From Flavobacteriales bacterium (GTDB lineage Bacteria; Bacteroidota; Bacteroidia; Flavobacteriales_F; PHOS-HE28), in contig JADKJM010000007.1 of assembly GCA_016721005.1 (NCBI GenBank), forward strand, positions 24,571 to 88,570: a stretch of DNA of 64,000 nucleotides. The letters run 5' to 3'. This document shows positions 20,111 to 30,986 of this stretch, one piece after another (position 1 is the first letter of the stretch; every line of letters starts with the position of its first letter). The translations under genes were made by a program, and so were the position numbers. Below the pieces are notes generated by a model that worked only from the letters and a program-made list of their open reading frames with translations, was not told the origin of the DNA and ran no database searches.

Positions 20111-22834
20111 ATGCAACTAGGACCAACGAAACTCATCGCCATCCGCTCCGGTAGCTACGACTACGCTGAAGTGGAGTTGGGCAATTCCATCCAACTGGTC
20201 GGACCGAACAACGCGGGCAAGACCACGTTGATCAACACCCTGCAGTTCCTGTACCTCGACAACCGGAACCAGATGGTCTTCGGCGACCACGATGCGGAGG
20301 CGACGCGCGAGTACTACTTCCCCGATCACTACAGCTACTTGCTGTTCGAGTGCCAAGGACCGAAGGGTATATACATCCTCGGCTGGCGCGGACAGAGCAA
20401 GGCGAGCGGCGGCGATCCCATCCGCTTCACGTATGATGGCGGATACGACATGAGCGATTTCCTGACGGCTGATGACCACGTGGCCGATCCGAAGACCGTG
20501 CTGGCGCAACTGGAGAAGCGCAACTACCGCGAACTCCGCGAACCGCAGGCACACCGTGAAGCGATCCTGGTGGCCACCAAGGGCGAGAGCAACGGCCTCG
20601 GCATTGTTCACCTGACGGAAGTGGAACGTTACGCGCACTTCAAGGAGATCCTGAAGAACCTGCTCAGCCTACGCTCCATCGACCAGCACGAGATGAAGCG
20701 CAGTTTGCTCATGCTCGCGAGCATTCCACCGAACAAGCCTGCGCTCGAAGCGAACCGCTTGATGACGGAGGAGTTCGAACGCATCCGCGACCGTCGGATG
20801 AAGTTGAACACGCTGAAGAGCGAACGCGAGCGGCTGGAGAAGTACATCGCGATGAGCGATGTGCGCATGTCCTTGGAAGCACGCCTCGCACATGTGTACG
20901 GCGACCTCATGGAGAAGCGTCGCAAGGCGCACGACCACAACAAACATGTGAAGGAGGCCATCGTGGCCAAGCAGGACGCGTTGGAGAAGGAGAAACTGAG
21001 CACGGCAGAGATCCTTAAGGACCTCGACGAGAAGATCGCCGAACTCGCCGGCTTCAAAGGCCGCGCGGAAGGCGACCTTGCACGCATCGCCGATCTGGGT
21101 GCTGGCATGGAGCAGTTCGTGGAGAACCTGGAACGCGAAGCGTTGGTGAATGCCAAGGAGCGCCTCACCGCACTCGCAAGACAACTCGGCAACGCACAGG
21201 AAGCGGATCGCCAACGCACCGCGCGCAGCCTCGCGGAGATCACCGGTCGCGTGGCGAATACGGAGAAGGCCATCGCCAACTTCGACAAGGCACTCATCAC
21301 CGAACTGCGCGAAACGCTGAAGGACGAGGAGGTACGCGGGCTGTCCAAGCTCTTCAACCTGGACCTGCTGAAGTTGCCCGTGGAAAAAGGTGGCGTGGAG
21401 TTGAAGAAGCGCAAGCAGATCGACACGTTATTGAAGAGCATCGCGGAGAACATCACCGACGACAAGTACGCCGATGCGTTGATGACACTGCCTTTGCCGG
21501 ACAACAGCCACGCATGGAAGGAACTGGTGGATGTGAAGGCGTTGAAGAAATCGCTCACCGACCTGAAGGCGGAGCAACACCGCTTGCAGCAGTTGATGGA
21601 GGCGATCGAGAACCGCGAGCAGATCGCGAAGGAGCGCACCACCGTGCAGGAGGAATGCGACGCGCACGTAGAGACCCTGAGCCGTTGGGAACGCTTGCAG
21701 GTGGAACGCCGCGAGGAGCCCCGCTTGAAGCAGCGCTTGGCTGAAGTGAGCAAGGAGAAGGCGGGATCCGAGGCCAAGCGACTCGAGACGCGCAAGCTCC
21801 TGGATGAACTTTCCGCGAAGCTCTACGAGCAACGCACCGCCTTGAACCAGGAGGACGATCGCTTCAATCGCCTGCTGCGGTTGATGGAACAGTGCGTCGC
21901 ACCGCCCGACCCGAGTGCAAAGAGCAAGGATCCCATGGCCGTGCCCACCGATCCGGAGGACGCCATCGCGCTCTACCACAAGATGACGCTGGAGTTCAGC
22001 ACCATGTCCCGCGACATGGACCAGCTGCGCAGCAAGATCGAGAACGTGCTGAAGAGCGATATCATCGGCGCCACGGAACAGGAGACCATCCGCTTGATCA
22101 AGGAACAGATCGAGGGCTTGCCCACCTTCGAGGAAGCGTTGCGCAAGGACTGGGACAACTACCTGCACCTGCTCCGCGCCAACTTCGCCAACGTTCTCAA
22201 CGGACTCACCGACATCAAGAACGCTGCGGAGAAATTGAACCGCCGCTTCAGCAAGGTCAGCGTCTCCAACCTGGAAAGCCTGCGGATGGACGTGATGGAC
22301 CAGAGCGATCTGGTGGGACCACTGAAGGAACTTGCCGAGACGGATCACACCGGCCTCTTCGACAGCAGCAGCAAGCTCGACGCCGCCTACCAGAGCTTCC
22401 GCAACAAACTGAGTGAGCGCATCACGCTGAACTACGGCGATCTGTTCACGCTGCGCTTCACCGTGACCACGCAAGGCGGTCGCACACACAGCTACGACAA
22501 CCTACAGGTGGAATCGCACGGTACCGCCATCACCATCAAGGTGCTCTTCAACCTGCTCGTGTTGCGCAGCATGCTGAAGGAGGATCCGAAGAAGCGCTCG
22601 CCGCTGTCACGCGTGCCCTTCTTCCTCGACGAGATCCACTCGCTGGATGCCACCAACCGCGCTGCGGTATTGCGCATGAGCAGGGACCTCGGCTTCATGG
22701 CCATCACCGCCGCACCGGAACCCGTGAGCGAAGTGGACGCCCTCTACTTCCTGCGTCCGATCAATGGCCGCTTGGTGGTGCGCAACGAACTGCGGATCGG
22801 CGTGAAGTACGATGAGGTGTTAGCGGAGGCGTAG
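20111..22834 (+). CDS. mksB: MksB/JetC SMC-family ATPase
   Basis: Walker A GPNNAGKT, long coiled coils, signature ESHGT, Walker B/D-loop FFLDEIHSLD. Confidence 0.88.
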   Translation: MQLGPTKLIAIRSGSYDYAEVELGNSIQLVGPNNAGKTTLINTLQFLYLDNRNQMVFGDHDAEATREYYFPDHYSYLLFECQGPKGIYILGWRGQSKASGGDPIRFTYDGGYDMSDFLTADDHVADPKTVLAQLEKRNYRELREPQAHREAILVATKGESNGLGIVHLTEVERYAHFKEILKNLLSLRSIDQHEMKRSLLMLASIPPNKPALEANRLMTEEFERIRDRRMKLNTLKSERERLEKYIAMSDVRMSLEARLAHVYGDLMEKRRKAHDHNKHVKEAIVAKQDALEKEKLSTAEILKDLDEKIAELAGFKGRAEGDLARIADLGAGMEQFVENLEREALVNAKERLTALARQLGNAQEADRQRTARSLAEITGRVANTEKAIANFDKALITELRETLKDEEVRGLSKLFNLDLLKLPVEKGGVELKKRKQIDTLLKSIAENITDDKYADALMTLPLPDNSHAWKELVDVKALKKSLTDLKAEQHRLQQLMEAIENREQIAKERTTVQEECDAHVETLSRWERLQVERREEPRLKQRLAEVSKEKAGSEAKRLETRKLLDELSAKLYEQRTALNQEDDRFNRLLRLMEQCVAPPDPSAKSKDPMAVPTDPEDAIALYHKMTLEFSTMSRDMDQLRSKIENVLKSDIIGATEQETIRLIKEQIEGLPTFEEALRKDWDNYLHLLRANFANVLNGLTDIKNAAEKLNRRFSKVSVSNLESLRMDVMDQSDLVGPLKELAETDHTGLFDSSSKLDAAYQSFRNKLSERITLNYGDLFTLRFTVTTQGGRTHSYDNLQVESHGTAITIKVLFNLLVLRSMLKEDPKKRSPLSRVPFFLDEIHSLDATNRAAVLRMSRDLGFMAITAAPEPVSEVDALYFLRPINGRLVVRNELRIGVKYDEVLAEA

Positions 22835-22855
22835 AACTCGAACTCATTCCATGAG

Positions 22856-22884
22856 AAGAACCCCGGCTTGGTCGGGGTTCTTTC
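22856..22884 (+). terminator. Rho-independent terminator after mksB
   Basis: AAGAACCCCGGC-ttg-GTCGGGGTTCTTTC. Confidence 0.75.
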
Positions 22885-22918
22885 GTTCCGGATCATTCTC
22901 CCGGTACCTTCCGTCGCG

Positions 22919-25900
22919 ATGCGTGATCTCCGGGGTTCCTTTTCTGTGATCGTATTCCTCGCGACCGCGATCGGAACAGCGCAGGACCTCCGCTTCCAAC
23001 ACCTCACCACCGACGATGGCCTAAGCGACAACGCCATCACGTGCGTGTACGAGGATCATGCGGGCTTCATCTGGGTGGGCACCGAGCATGGACTGAACCG
23101 ATACGATGGCAATGCAGTATGGCAGCCGCGCGATGGGACGTTGCGCGCGGAGTGGATCACCGGCATCCTCGAAGATGGCGCCGACGCGTTCTGGATCACC
23201 ACGCGCGAGCACGGACTGATACGCTATGACAAGCGCACCGAGGCGGTGAGGCGCTTTCGCAAAGCAGAGAACGACACGCACCGCCTGGCGAGCGAACAGC
23301 TCAACGGTCTCTATGAACTCAACGACACCACCATATTGCTCGCGTCGCGCGAAGTGAGCTTGATCTTCCTGGACAAGCGCAGCTTGGTATTCACGTACTG
23401 GGCCGATAGCACGAGCTTGGATCCGCTCCGCGCCGAGTCCGCTCCTCCGGCACATCATGGCTGGTGCCATGCCATCGTGCCGCTCGACGAGGATCGCCTG
23501 TGGTTGGGTTTCCTGAACTTCAACCAAAGCTGGGTCGTGGATCGCCACACACTGCGCACATCGACCCTGTTGATGGTGCAACGCGCAGGCTCGGAGACGC
23601 AGACCTGCGCGGCTCTCCAGAGCGGGATCCTCTACACCGGAGGCTGGCAGAACGGCTTGGATGCCATTCCTCTTGGACGCAACGCACCAGCGCATATCCA
23701 GGCATCTTCACCCTTGCAGGTGCGCGCCACGCCCGATGAGGTAGTGAGCATCGTGCCTTGGAGCAAGGGACGTTTGCTCATGTCCATCCGCCAGCACGGG
23801 CTACTCCTTTTCGATCCGGCCGCAGGATCCTTCACGCGCTTCGCGCATGCAACCAACGACTTCTCTTCCATTGCAAGCGATCAGGTCGGCTGCCTCTTTG
23901 TGGATCGGTCCGCCACGGTATGGGTAGGTACTTCGAACGGTCTTGATCGCTTCGTACCCGACGTATGGCGCATGCAGGTGCGATCGCTCTTCGGCAACAG
24001 CGATATCGATCATCAGGATGTCCACTTCCACGCGATCGAAGCACAACCGGATGGCGGTGCGCGCCTGTTCACTTCGGACGGGATCATCACAACCGATGCA
24101 CGAGGCAGCGCAGTACGGCACATGGCTGTGCGCGCGAACGGCATGGACCTTCAGCCCACGGTGATCGGACGCGACCATGATGGCGCCCTGCTTCTCGGCA
24201 CGGAATACGGGATCCTGCGCTATCACGACCTCAATGACCCGGACCCGCAGGAATTCAGCATCAACGATGGCGGCGGCCATGTCTATCGTCCCGGCAGCAT
24301 GTTCCAAGTGCGCGGCATCTCGCCGGACACGGTGGAAGGCCGTCCTGTGTTCGTGATCGGCACGCTCGGCTTCGGCGTGCATGTGGTGGATGCGGCCACC
24401 GCCCGAGTCCTCGGCTGGGGCATGCCCACATCAGCCAACGATGCGCAAGCCTTCAGCCTGGTGAACAGCATGGTGCGCGATGCAAGCGGAACTTACTGGT
24501 ACGGCACTTCGGGCGGGGTCCTTCGCTGGGATACGCACATGCCGATGATCCGGTTGACGTTGAAGAGCGCGGAGGCGAACGGCTCGATCGACGTGCCCAT
24601 GAAAGGAGAGGATGTCCGCCAATTGATCCTGTTGAACGACACCGTGTGGGGTGTTGCGCGTAACGGTACACTCTTCTCCATCACCAACGGTACGGTCGTC
24701 CGTCATGTGCCAACGGGCGGCTCGCGCAACACGATGCTCGGGCTCACCGCCGATCGGCGTGGAACGATCTGGATCGCCACTGAAGATGGGCTCCTCCGCT
24801 TCGATCCCCGCTCCGCTGTGTTCACGCACGTTCCGGTGAACGATGGTCATGCATTCCGAAAACTCACCCGCGCCATCGCCACCCTCACCGATGGACGTAT
24901 CGCCATCTGCGCGAACAATGCGGTGATCACGTTCGATCCGGATGCGTTCGATCAACTCCCTGAGTTGCCGAACGCGTACATCACGTCCATCCTTTCCGCT
25001 GGAAAGCCGGTGATGATCGAGAACGGATCCGCTGAACTATCGTACCGCGCCAGCGTGATCGACATCGCCATCAGCGCCCTCTCGCCCCAACAACCACAAC
25101 CGCTCAAATTCGACTACCGCCTGGATGGCGTGGAGACGGAATGGCGCACGATCACGGCGCGCGAAGCGATCCGGTACGCCGGTGTGCCGGTGGGGTCGCA
25201 TGATCTGCTGGTCCGTGTGCGCGATGCATATGGTCGCGCGGGATCCGTACAGCGCTTGCTCACGATCATCGTCATCGGACCCCTCTGGCAGCAGTGGTGG
25301 TTCTATGCCATCGCACTATTGCTGATCGCTGCGGGGTTGTATGCGCTGTACCGCTACCGCCTCGCGCAAGCGTTGAAATTGCAGGCCGTGCGCAACCGCA
25401 TCGCCAGCGACCTGCACGACGAAGTGGGCTCCTCGCTCAGCAGCATCACCATCGGCAGCCAGCTCGCTGCGAAACTCAGTAGCGCTGAGAACGAACAGGT
25501 GAAGCACCTGATGGCCCGTATCGGCGAAACGAGCAGTGAGAGTTTGCGCAGCATGAGCGACATCGTGTGGGCCATCGATCCGAAGAACGATCAGGGGAAT
25601 GCTCTGGTGAAGCGCATGCGCAGGATCGCGAACGAACTGCTGGAGAGCAAGGGCGTCGAGGTCTCGTTCAGCGTGACCGGTGGCGTGGAGGAATTGAAGT
25701 TGCCGATGAACGCGCGCAAGGACCTGCTGCTGATCTACAAGGAAGCCGTACACAACGCGAGCAAGTATGCCGAAGCACGGAGCGTGATGATCGATCTGTC
25801 CCGCGCGAACGGTTGGCTAACGATGCGCGTGAAGGACGATGGCAAGGGCTTCGACCCGGCGCTTCATCCTGATGGACATGGCTTGGGAAGCATGCAACGG

Positions 25901-25999
25901 CGCGGTGCGGCGCTCGGGACACGAGTCATCATCGAGAGTGCTGCGGGCGAAGGGACGCTCGTTTCCATCCGGGTGGACCTCACGAGAATTCGGGATTGA
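22919..25999 (+). CDS. Sensor histidine kinase with periplasmic beta-propeller/Y_Y_Y domains (HisKA_3 type)
   Basis: FQHLTTDDGLSDNAITCVYED..GFIWVGT..GLNRYDG; Y_Y_Y; TM; RNRIASDLHDEVGSSLSSI; KEAVHNASKYA; DDGKGF, GHGLGSM. Confidence 0.93.
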   Translation: MRDLRGSFSVIVFLATAIGTAQDLRFQHLTTDDGLSDNAITCVYEDHAGFIWVGTEHGLNRYDGNAVWQPRDGTLRAEWITGILEDGADAFWITTREHGLIRYDKRTEAVRRFRKAENDTHRLASEQLNGLYELNDTTILLASREVSLIFLDKRSLVFTYWADSTSLDPLRAESAPPAHHGWCHAIVPLDEDRLWLGFLNFNQSWVVDRHTLRTSTLLMVQRAGSETQTCAALQSGILYTGGWQNGLDAIPLGRNAPAHIQASSPLQVRATPDEVVSIVPWSKGRLLMSIRQHGLLLFDPAAGSFTRFAHATNDFSSIASDQVGCLFVDRSATVWVGTSNGLDRFVPDVWRMQVRSLFGNSDIDHQDVHFHAIEAQPDGGARLFTSDGIITTDARGSAVRHMAVRANGMDLQPTVIGRDHDGALLLGTEYGILRYHDLNDPDPQEFSINDGGGHVYRPGSMFQVRGISPDTVEGRPVFVIGTLGFGVHVVDAATARVLGWGMPTSANDAQAFSLVNSMVRDASGTYWYGTSGGVLRWDTHMPMIRLTLKSAEANGSIDVPMKGEDVRQLILLNDTVWGVARNGTLFSITNGTVVRHVPTGGSRNTMLGLTADRRGTIWIATEDGLLRFDPRSAVFTHVPVNDGHAFRKLTRAIATLTDGRIAICANNAVITFDPDAFDQLPELPNAYITSILSAGKPVMIENGSAELSYRASVIDIAISALSPQQPQPLKFDYRLDGVETEWRTITAREAIRYAGVPVGSHDLLVRVRDAYGRAGSVQRLLTIIVIGPLWQQWWFYAIALLLIAAGLYALYRYRLAQALKLQAVRNRIASDLHDEVGSSLSSITIGSQLAAKLSSAENEQVKHLMARIGETSSESLRSMSDIVWAIDPKNDQGNALVKRMRRIANELLESKGVEVSFSVTGGVEELKLPMNARKDLLLIYKEAVHNASKYAEARSVMIDLSRANGWLTMRVKDDGKGFDPALHPDGHGLGSMQRRGAALGTRVIIESAAGEGTLVSIRVDLTRIRD

Positions 26000-26044
26000 T
26001 GCACATGCGCGATCGCGGGAACTTCGGGCCAACGTCCGAAGCAC

Positions 26045-27577
26045 ATGAACAACCGATATCCCCTACTCTGCTTTGCCCTCCTTACCGTGGCCACGATCAC
26101 TGCGCAGCCAGGGACCCTCGACCCATCGTTCGGCACCAACGGCAAGGCGATCGCCAATGTGCCGGGCACGTATTGCAGCGGCCAAGCCATCGCCGAGCAA
26201 GCCGATGGCAAGCTCCTCGTGTGCGGGCAGACCCCTGGATCCACCTTGCTCGTGCGCTTCAATACCGACGGCAGCCTCGATGGCACCTTCGGCAGCAACG
26301 GCCTCGTGCTCACCGATGTTGATGTGAGCAACGACTACATCGGCAGCATCGCCGTGCAGCCGGACGGGAGGATCGTGGTGGGCGGCAACAAGTTCGATGC
26401 GCTGGCCAACGCCGATGTGATCGTGATGCGCTACCTGCCCGACGGCACGCTCGACGATTCGTTCAGCGGCGACGGCATTGCGGACTTCTCCATCGGCACG
26501 TGGGCCACGTATGCCACCGGGTTGGTCCTACAGCCCGATGGCAGGATCGTCATTTGCGGCGACCGCTATGTCGGTCCGGGATGGGAGTCCTTCCTCACGC
26601 GCTTCAATACGAACGGGAGCTGGGACAGCGGTTTCGGCACGGTGCAATTGGACATGGCGGCCACCAGCAGCGACAACCTGCACGACATCGCCCTGCAATC
26701 CGATGGGAAGATCCTGGTCTGCGGCACTTCGCTGGATGCATCGGACAACCATGTGGCGATCGCACGGTACAATGCTGACGGCACGATCGATACCGGCTTC
26801 GGGACCGGAGGCAAGCTGATGCTCAGTCCGGGAGGGTCCGGCGATGATCGGGCCAACAGCTTGCGCGTGCAGCCTGATGGGCGCATCCTGGTCACGGGCA
26901 TCTCCGGTGATGGCAACGACTTCGGCATCGGGGTGCTGCGGCTGATGCCCGATGGCACCAGCGACGCTTCCTTCGGCAGTGGGGGCTTCGCGCTCATCCC
27001 GTTCGGCGGGGACGATTGGACCCAGCCCTCGCTCGCCCTCCAGTCCGATGGGAGGATCGTGATCGGCGCCGACAACACGAGCGCCTCCACGCCCGACGTG
27101 AAGGTCATCCGGCTGAATGCGGACGGCACCCTCGACAGCGGATTCGGCACCAACGGCATCGGCACCTCGAACGCCACGTCCGGCAACAACGCCGAGTCGG
27201 CCGTGCGCACCTTGTTCCTGCACGATGGCGGTATCGTAGTGGCAGGGTACGCCGAAGCTTCGAACCCGTCCATCCAACTGGCCGTGTGGAAATTCCTGAG
27301 CGGGGTGAACGTGGGACTTGCCGAGCAAGCGCGCCAACCCGATCAGCTCGCCCTGGCACCCAACCCCGCACAGGACAGGTTGGTGATCCGTGGTGCGCAC
27401 ATCCAACGCGGAGGCAGCATAGCGGTACACGACCAGAGCGGCCGCCATCTTTCCGTGCCGACCGTGATCAACACCGACCACGCGCTGGTCGATGTCTCCG
27501 CGCTGGCACCCGGCAGCTACACGATCACAGTGCGCAACGCAGACGGCATCATCGCGCAGCGGTTCATCAAGGAATAA
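26045..27577 (+). CDS. T9SS type A cargo with delta-60 beta-propeller repeats
   Basis: Signal peptide; repeated G.LD.SFG..G and Q.DG.I.V.G; CTD LAPNPAQD...DVSALAPGSY...RFIKE. Confidence 0.88.
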   Translation: MNNRYPLLCFALLTVATITAQPGTLDPSFGTNGKAIANVPGTYCSGQAIAEQADGKLLVCGQTPGSTLLVRFNTDGSLDGTFGSNGLVLTDVDVSNDYIGSIAVQPDGRIVVGGNKFDALANADVIVMRYLPDGTLDDSFSGDGIADFSIGTWATYATGLVLQPDGRIVICGDRYVGPGWESFLTRFNTNGSWDSGFGTVQLDMAATSSDNLHDIALQSDGKILVCGTSLDASDNHVAIARYNADGTIDTGFGTGGKLMLSPGGSGDDRANSLRVQPDGRILVTGISGDGNDFGIGVLRLMPDGTSDASFGSGGFALIPFGGDDWTQPSLALQSDGRIVIGADNTSASTPDVKVIRLNADGTLDSGFGTNGIGTSNATSGNNAESAVRTLFLHDGGIVVAGYAEASNPSIQLAVWKFLSGVNVGLAEQARQPDQLALAPNPAQDRLVIRGAHIQRGGSIAVHDQSGRHLSVPTVINTDHALVDVSALAPGSYTITVRNADGIIAQRFIKE

Positions 27578-27668
27578 GGTCGGTGTTGCTTTCCATGGAT
27601 CATCCATCCGTGCCATTTGCTTGCACGGCGTTCAGGTCCTTCCTTCGAACTCGGGAACAATTGACTTC

Positions 27669-27907
27669 ATGAGCAACTCCCCCATCCGCGTCATCGCCTT
27701 CCACAACAAGGACATGGTGTGCGTGGAGGCACACCCGGACCTAAGCCAGCATCGGCGGCCTGGACGCGCAGCCGACTTGATCATGATGGACCGTGAAGCA
27801 TGCTACGGCATGGGCGGACCCTTGAACACGATGCTCGAGTTCAAGAGCGCACCGGCGCGATCACCTTCGCGAAGGTTGAGGTGTATCTCACGAGAATTCG
27901 GGATTGA
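27669..27907 (+). pseudogene. Collapsed remnant: response-regulator 5' end fused to histidine-kinase 3' end
   Basis: About 27560-27790 is a degraded copy of about 33960-34250 (MSNSPIRVIAF...); 27795-27907 is a degraded copy of the kinase 3' end, ending CTCACGAGAATTCGGGATTGA. Confidence 0.85.
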
Positions 27908-27949
27908 TGGGCACTGGCGGGCGAAGGATCTTGGTACCGTCAAGATCCC

Positions 27950-30900
27950 TTGCCGATGAACCCAGCCCTGCGCGTCCCTTATCTTCTTCTTTCCGCAGCG
28001 ATCTCCACCGGAGCGATCGCCCAGAACCCTGTGTTCCAATGGGCGGATGGCGTCCGGAATGTGGAGACACCGGGAACCATGGCCATCGTGAACGGCATTT
28101 CCGTTGCAGGCGACGGCACCGCGTTCATTGTGGGCAAGACCTTCGGTCCGCATACGATCGTGTCGGATACGCTCGTCGGCAGCACCTATTTGGCCCGGTA
28201 CGACCAACAGGGCGAATGCATGTGGGCGCGCACACCGGGCGGTAACGATGTGGCCGCAGCAAGCGGCAACATGGCTTATGTGGTGGGCTCGTTCAGCGGC
28301 ACGCTGCAATTCGGCGCCACCACGCTTTCAGCCAACGGGGTTGATGCCTACCTGGCGAAATATGATGCGGCGGGTTCGCTCCTTTGGGTGCATCAGATCG
28401 GTGGTGCAGGCCTCAACAATGCCTATTCCGTCGCGGTGGACGGACTGGGCATGGTGCATGTGGTCGGACATTTCCAAGGCAGTGCGACCTTCGGTGGCAC
28501 CACATTGATCGCTACGCACGACAGCACGGGCTACTTGGCCACCTACGATGCCAACGGTGTGGACCAATGGGCAGTGATCTGCGGCGGCTTGAACTTCTCG
28601 GCGAACTACATATCCCCGAAAATGGCCATCGACGCCGACGCTTCAGGGAACACCTTCGTGAGCGGTGTGTTCGATGATACCGGGACCTTCGGCACCACTA
28701 CGCTCGCTTCCGCCGATCTCGATGATATCTTCCTCGCCCGTTTCGACGCGGCAGGCGCATGCACTTGGGTGCGAAAGATGGGCGCCTATTCGGGCAACGA
28801 AGTCCATGGCGTGGCTGTGGCCCCTGCTGGCCATATCTACATCTATGGCGGTTTCTGGGGAGACGATGCCCAATTCTGCGGCCCCACACTTTTCAATTCC
28901 CATTTCGGCAATCTGGACATGTTCCTTGCGGAGTATGACGGCGCGGGTATTTGCCAATGGGCACAACACGTGGCACCGGGCTTCTTCAATGACTTTCCCG
29001 GCAACTTGGAAGTGGACGGTCCTGGCAATGCGTGGATCACGGGCTACTACTTCGGAACCACCGGACTGTTCGGTGCCCTGACATTGACCGGCGGTGGCGC
29101 GTTCGTGGCGCGCTATGATCCTGCTGGTAACGCCACACTTGCGGAAAGACTGTACACCGCCACAGATGGCATGATCGGCCTGGGCGCCGATGATGACCTG
29201 TTCATCGCAGGCAACATTGGCGGGAGCGCGGTGTTCGACATGGTCGCGGGAACGAACGTGTTCGCGAACTTCGGCAATGGGATGGGTTACATAGCGCACT
29301 ACGATGCGAGCCACTCTTACCAGTGGGTGCATCAGCTGGGCATGCACGGCGCAGCATACGACGCAGCATCCGCCATCGCGTTGGACAACAGCGGCAATGT
29401 GTACACCACGGGTAACTACAGCGGGTCCGCGATCTTCTGCAACGACACGCTGCATGCATGGCTCGCGGGCAGCAGCATCTTCATCAGCAAACGTGATGCG
29501 AATGGAAACTGCTTGTGGGAGCGGAGCATCGGTGACAGGGGTGCGTTCGGCAACACCACGCTCAACGGCGGAACCTCGATCGCCGTCGATGGCAACGCCA
29601 TCTATGTGGCGGGGAAGTTCGCGGACAGCGTGCGGTTCGGGAACACATCCTTGGTGAGCGCCGGAGGGACGGATCTTTTCCTCGCGCGGTACGATGACAA
29701 TGGCAACTGCATCTGGGCGAGGCGTGGCGGCGGAACGGGCAATGATGCGGGCGCCTCGGTGGGCGTGGATGGTAGTGGACACGTTCTCCTCGCCGGTTCC
29801 TACGCCGCCACCGCCAACATCGGGAATGAGGTCTTCACCAGCCTCGGTTATTCAGATGCGTTCCTGGCCCGCTACGATAGCAACGGGAATTACATCTGGG
29901 GCCGAACGATGGGCGGCAGCGGTTGGGACAATGCGGCGGATGTGGCCGTGGACGCTTCCGGGAACAGCTACGTGACCGGGCGTTTCACTACATCCGCGGC
30001 CTTCGGTGCACTTACCATTTCCGGCACAAGCGATGCGGGCATGTTCCTGGCGAAATACGATGCGATCGGAGATCCGCTCTGGGTGGTGGGCACGACCGGT
30101 GCCGGTTGGCAGGAAGGCACGTCGGTGGTGCAGAACTCATCAGGGAACATCTACGTGACCGGCTCATTCCAAGGAAGTGCGGGTTTCTGCACCACCACCC
30201 TTGAGAGCGATGCGTACTATCACGCGTACCTCTCATGCTATACACCCGATGGCGGTGAACTTTGGACCGAGCAATTCCAGGTCTCCGGTGAAAGTCACGG
30301 GTATGGTCTGGCGGCAAGGCCGGGCGGAAACATCGTGCTTACAGGCACCCTTTCCGGTACAGCCACGTTCGGCAGCACCACCCTGACGAGTGGAAGCTAT
30401 TCCGATGCCTTGATCGCCGCGTTCGAACCGGATGGCACCAGCCTTTGGGCCAGGGGCATGGGCGGCTCCGGAGAGTGGGATTACAGCATGGCGACCACCT
30501 CCGTGGCGGATGCCAACAATGTTTATCTGGTCGGGAGCTATGGTGGCCTCCTGTTCGATGCGAACACCCAAGGAGGCTCCATCACGTTCGATCCAGGTGA
30601 TCCACTTTCGACCATTCTCGCGCCGAACGGACTTGACGCTTTCGTCGCCAAGTTCAGTGTCGCGGAGACCACGGCGAACCCGGTGAACCCGACCCCGTGC
30701 GGTTCGCCGCTCGCAGTTCATGAGGCGAGCATCGAACAGCAGGTGATCCTTTCGCCCAACCCCGTCGTGAATTCCCTAACGCTTGCAGGCGAGTTGCCGT
30801 TCCTTCCCGGGTCGTCCATCATCGTGCGGGACATGACAGGGCGTGCGGTGAATGCGCCCTTCGTGATCAATGCGAACAAGGCGATGGTCGATGCATCAGC

Positions 30901-30976
30901 ACTCGTACCGGGCAGCTACATCGTGTCGGCACGAACATCGAACGGATCGATCGCCGAGCGCTTCATCAAGGAATGA
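27950..30976 (+). CDS. T9SS type A cargo with SBBP-type beta-propeller repeats
   Basis: Repeated D.SGN.YVTG.F, D.FLARYD..G...W; CTD LSPNPVVN...DASALVPGSY...RFIKE. Confidence 0.88.
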   Translation: MPMNPALRVPYLLLSAAISTGAIAQNPVFQWADGVRNVETPGTMAIVNGISVAGDGTAFIVGKTFGPHTIVSDTLVGSTYLARYDQQGECMWARTPGGNDVAAASGNMAYVVGSFSGTLQFGATTLSANGVDAYLAKYDAAGSLLWVHQIGGAGLNNAYSVAVDGLGMVHVVGHFQGSATFGGTTLIATHDSTGYLATYDANGVDQWAVICGGLNFSANYISPKMAIDADASGNTFVSGVFDDTGTFGTTTLASADLDDIFLARFDAAGACTWVRKMGAYSGNEVHGVAVAPAGHIYIYGGFWGDDAQFCGPTLFNSHFGNLDMFLAEYDGAGICQWAQHVAPGFFNDFPGNLEVDGPGNAWITGYYFGTTGLFGALTLTGGGAFVARYDPAGNATLAERLYTATDGMIGLGADDDLFIAGNIGGSAVFDMVAGTNVFANFGNGMGYIAHYDASHSYQWVHQLGMHGAAYDAASAIALDNSGNVYTTGNYSGSAIFCNDTLHAWLAGSSIFISKRDANGNCLWERSIGDRGAFGNTTLNGGTSIAVDGNAIYVAGKFADSVRFGNTSLVSAGGTDLFLARYDDNGNCIWARRGGGTGNDAGASVGVDGSGHVLLAGSYAATANIGNEVFTSLGYSDAFLARYDSNGNYIWGRTMGGSGWDNAADVAVDASGNSYVTGRFTTSAAFGALTISGTSDAGMFLAKYDAIGDPLWVVGTTGAGWQEGTSVVQNSSGNIYVTGSFQGSAGFCTTTLESDAYYHAYLSCYTPDGGELWTEQFQVSGESHGYGLAARPGGNIVLTGTLSGTATFGSTTLTSGSYSDALIAAFEPDGTSLWARGMGGSGEWDYSMATTSVADANNVYLVGSYGGLLFDANTQGGSITFDPGDPLSTILAPNGLDAFVAKFSVAETTANPVNPTPCGSPLAVHEASIEQQVILSPNPVVNSLTLAGELPFLPGSSIIVRDMTGRAVNAPFVINANKAMVDASALVPGSYIVSARTSNGSIAERFIKE

Positions 30977-30986
30977 ACGCCGCGCC

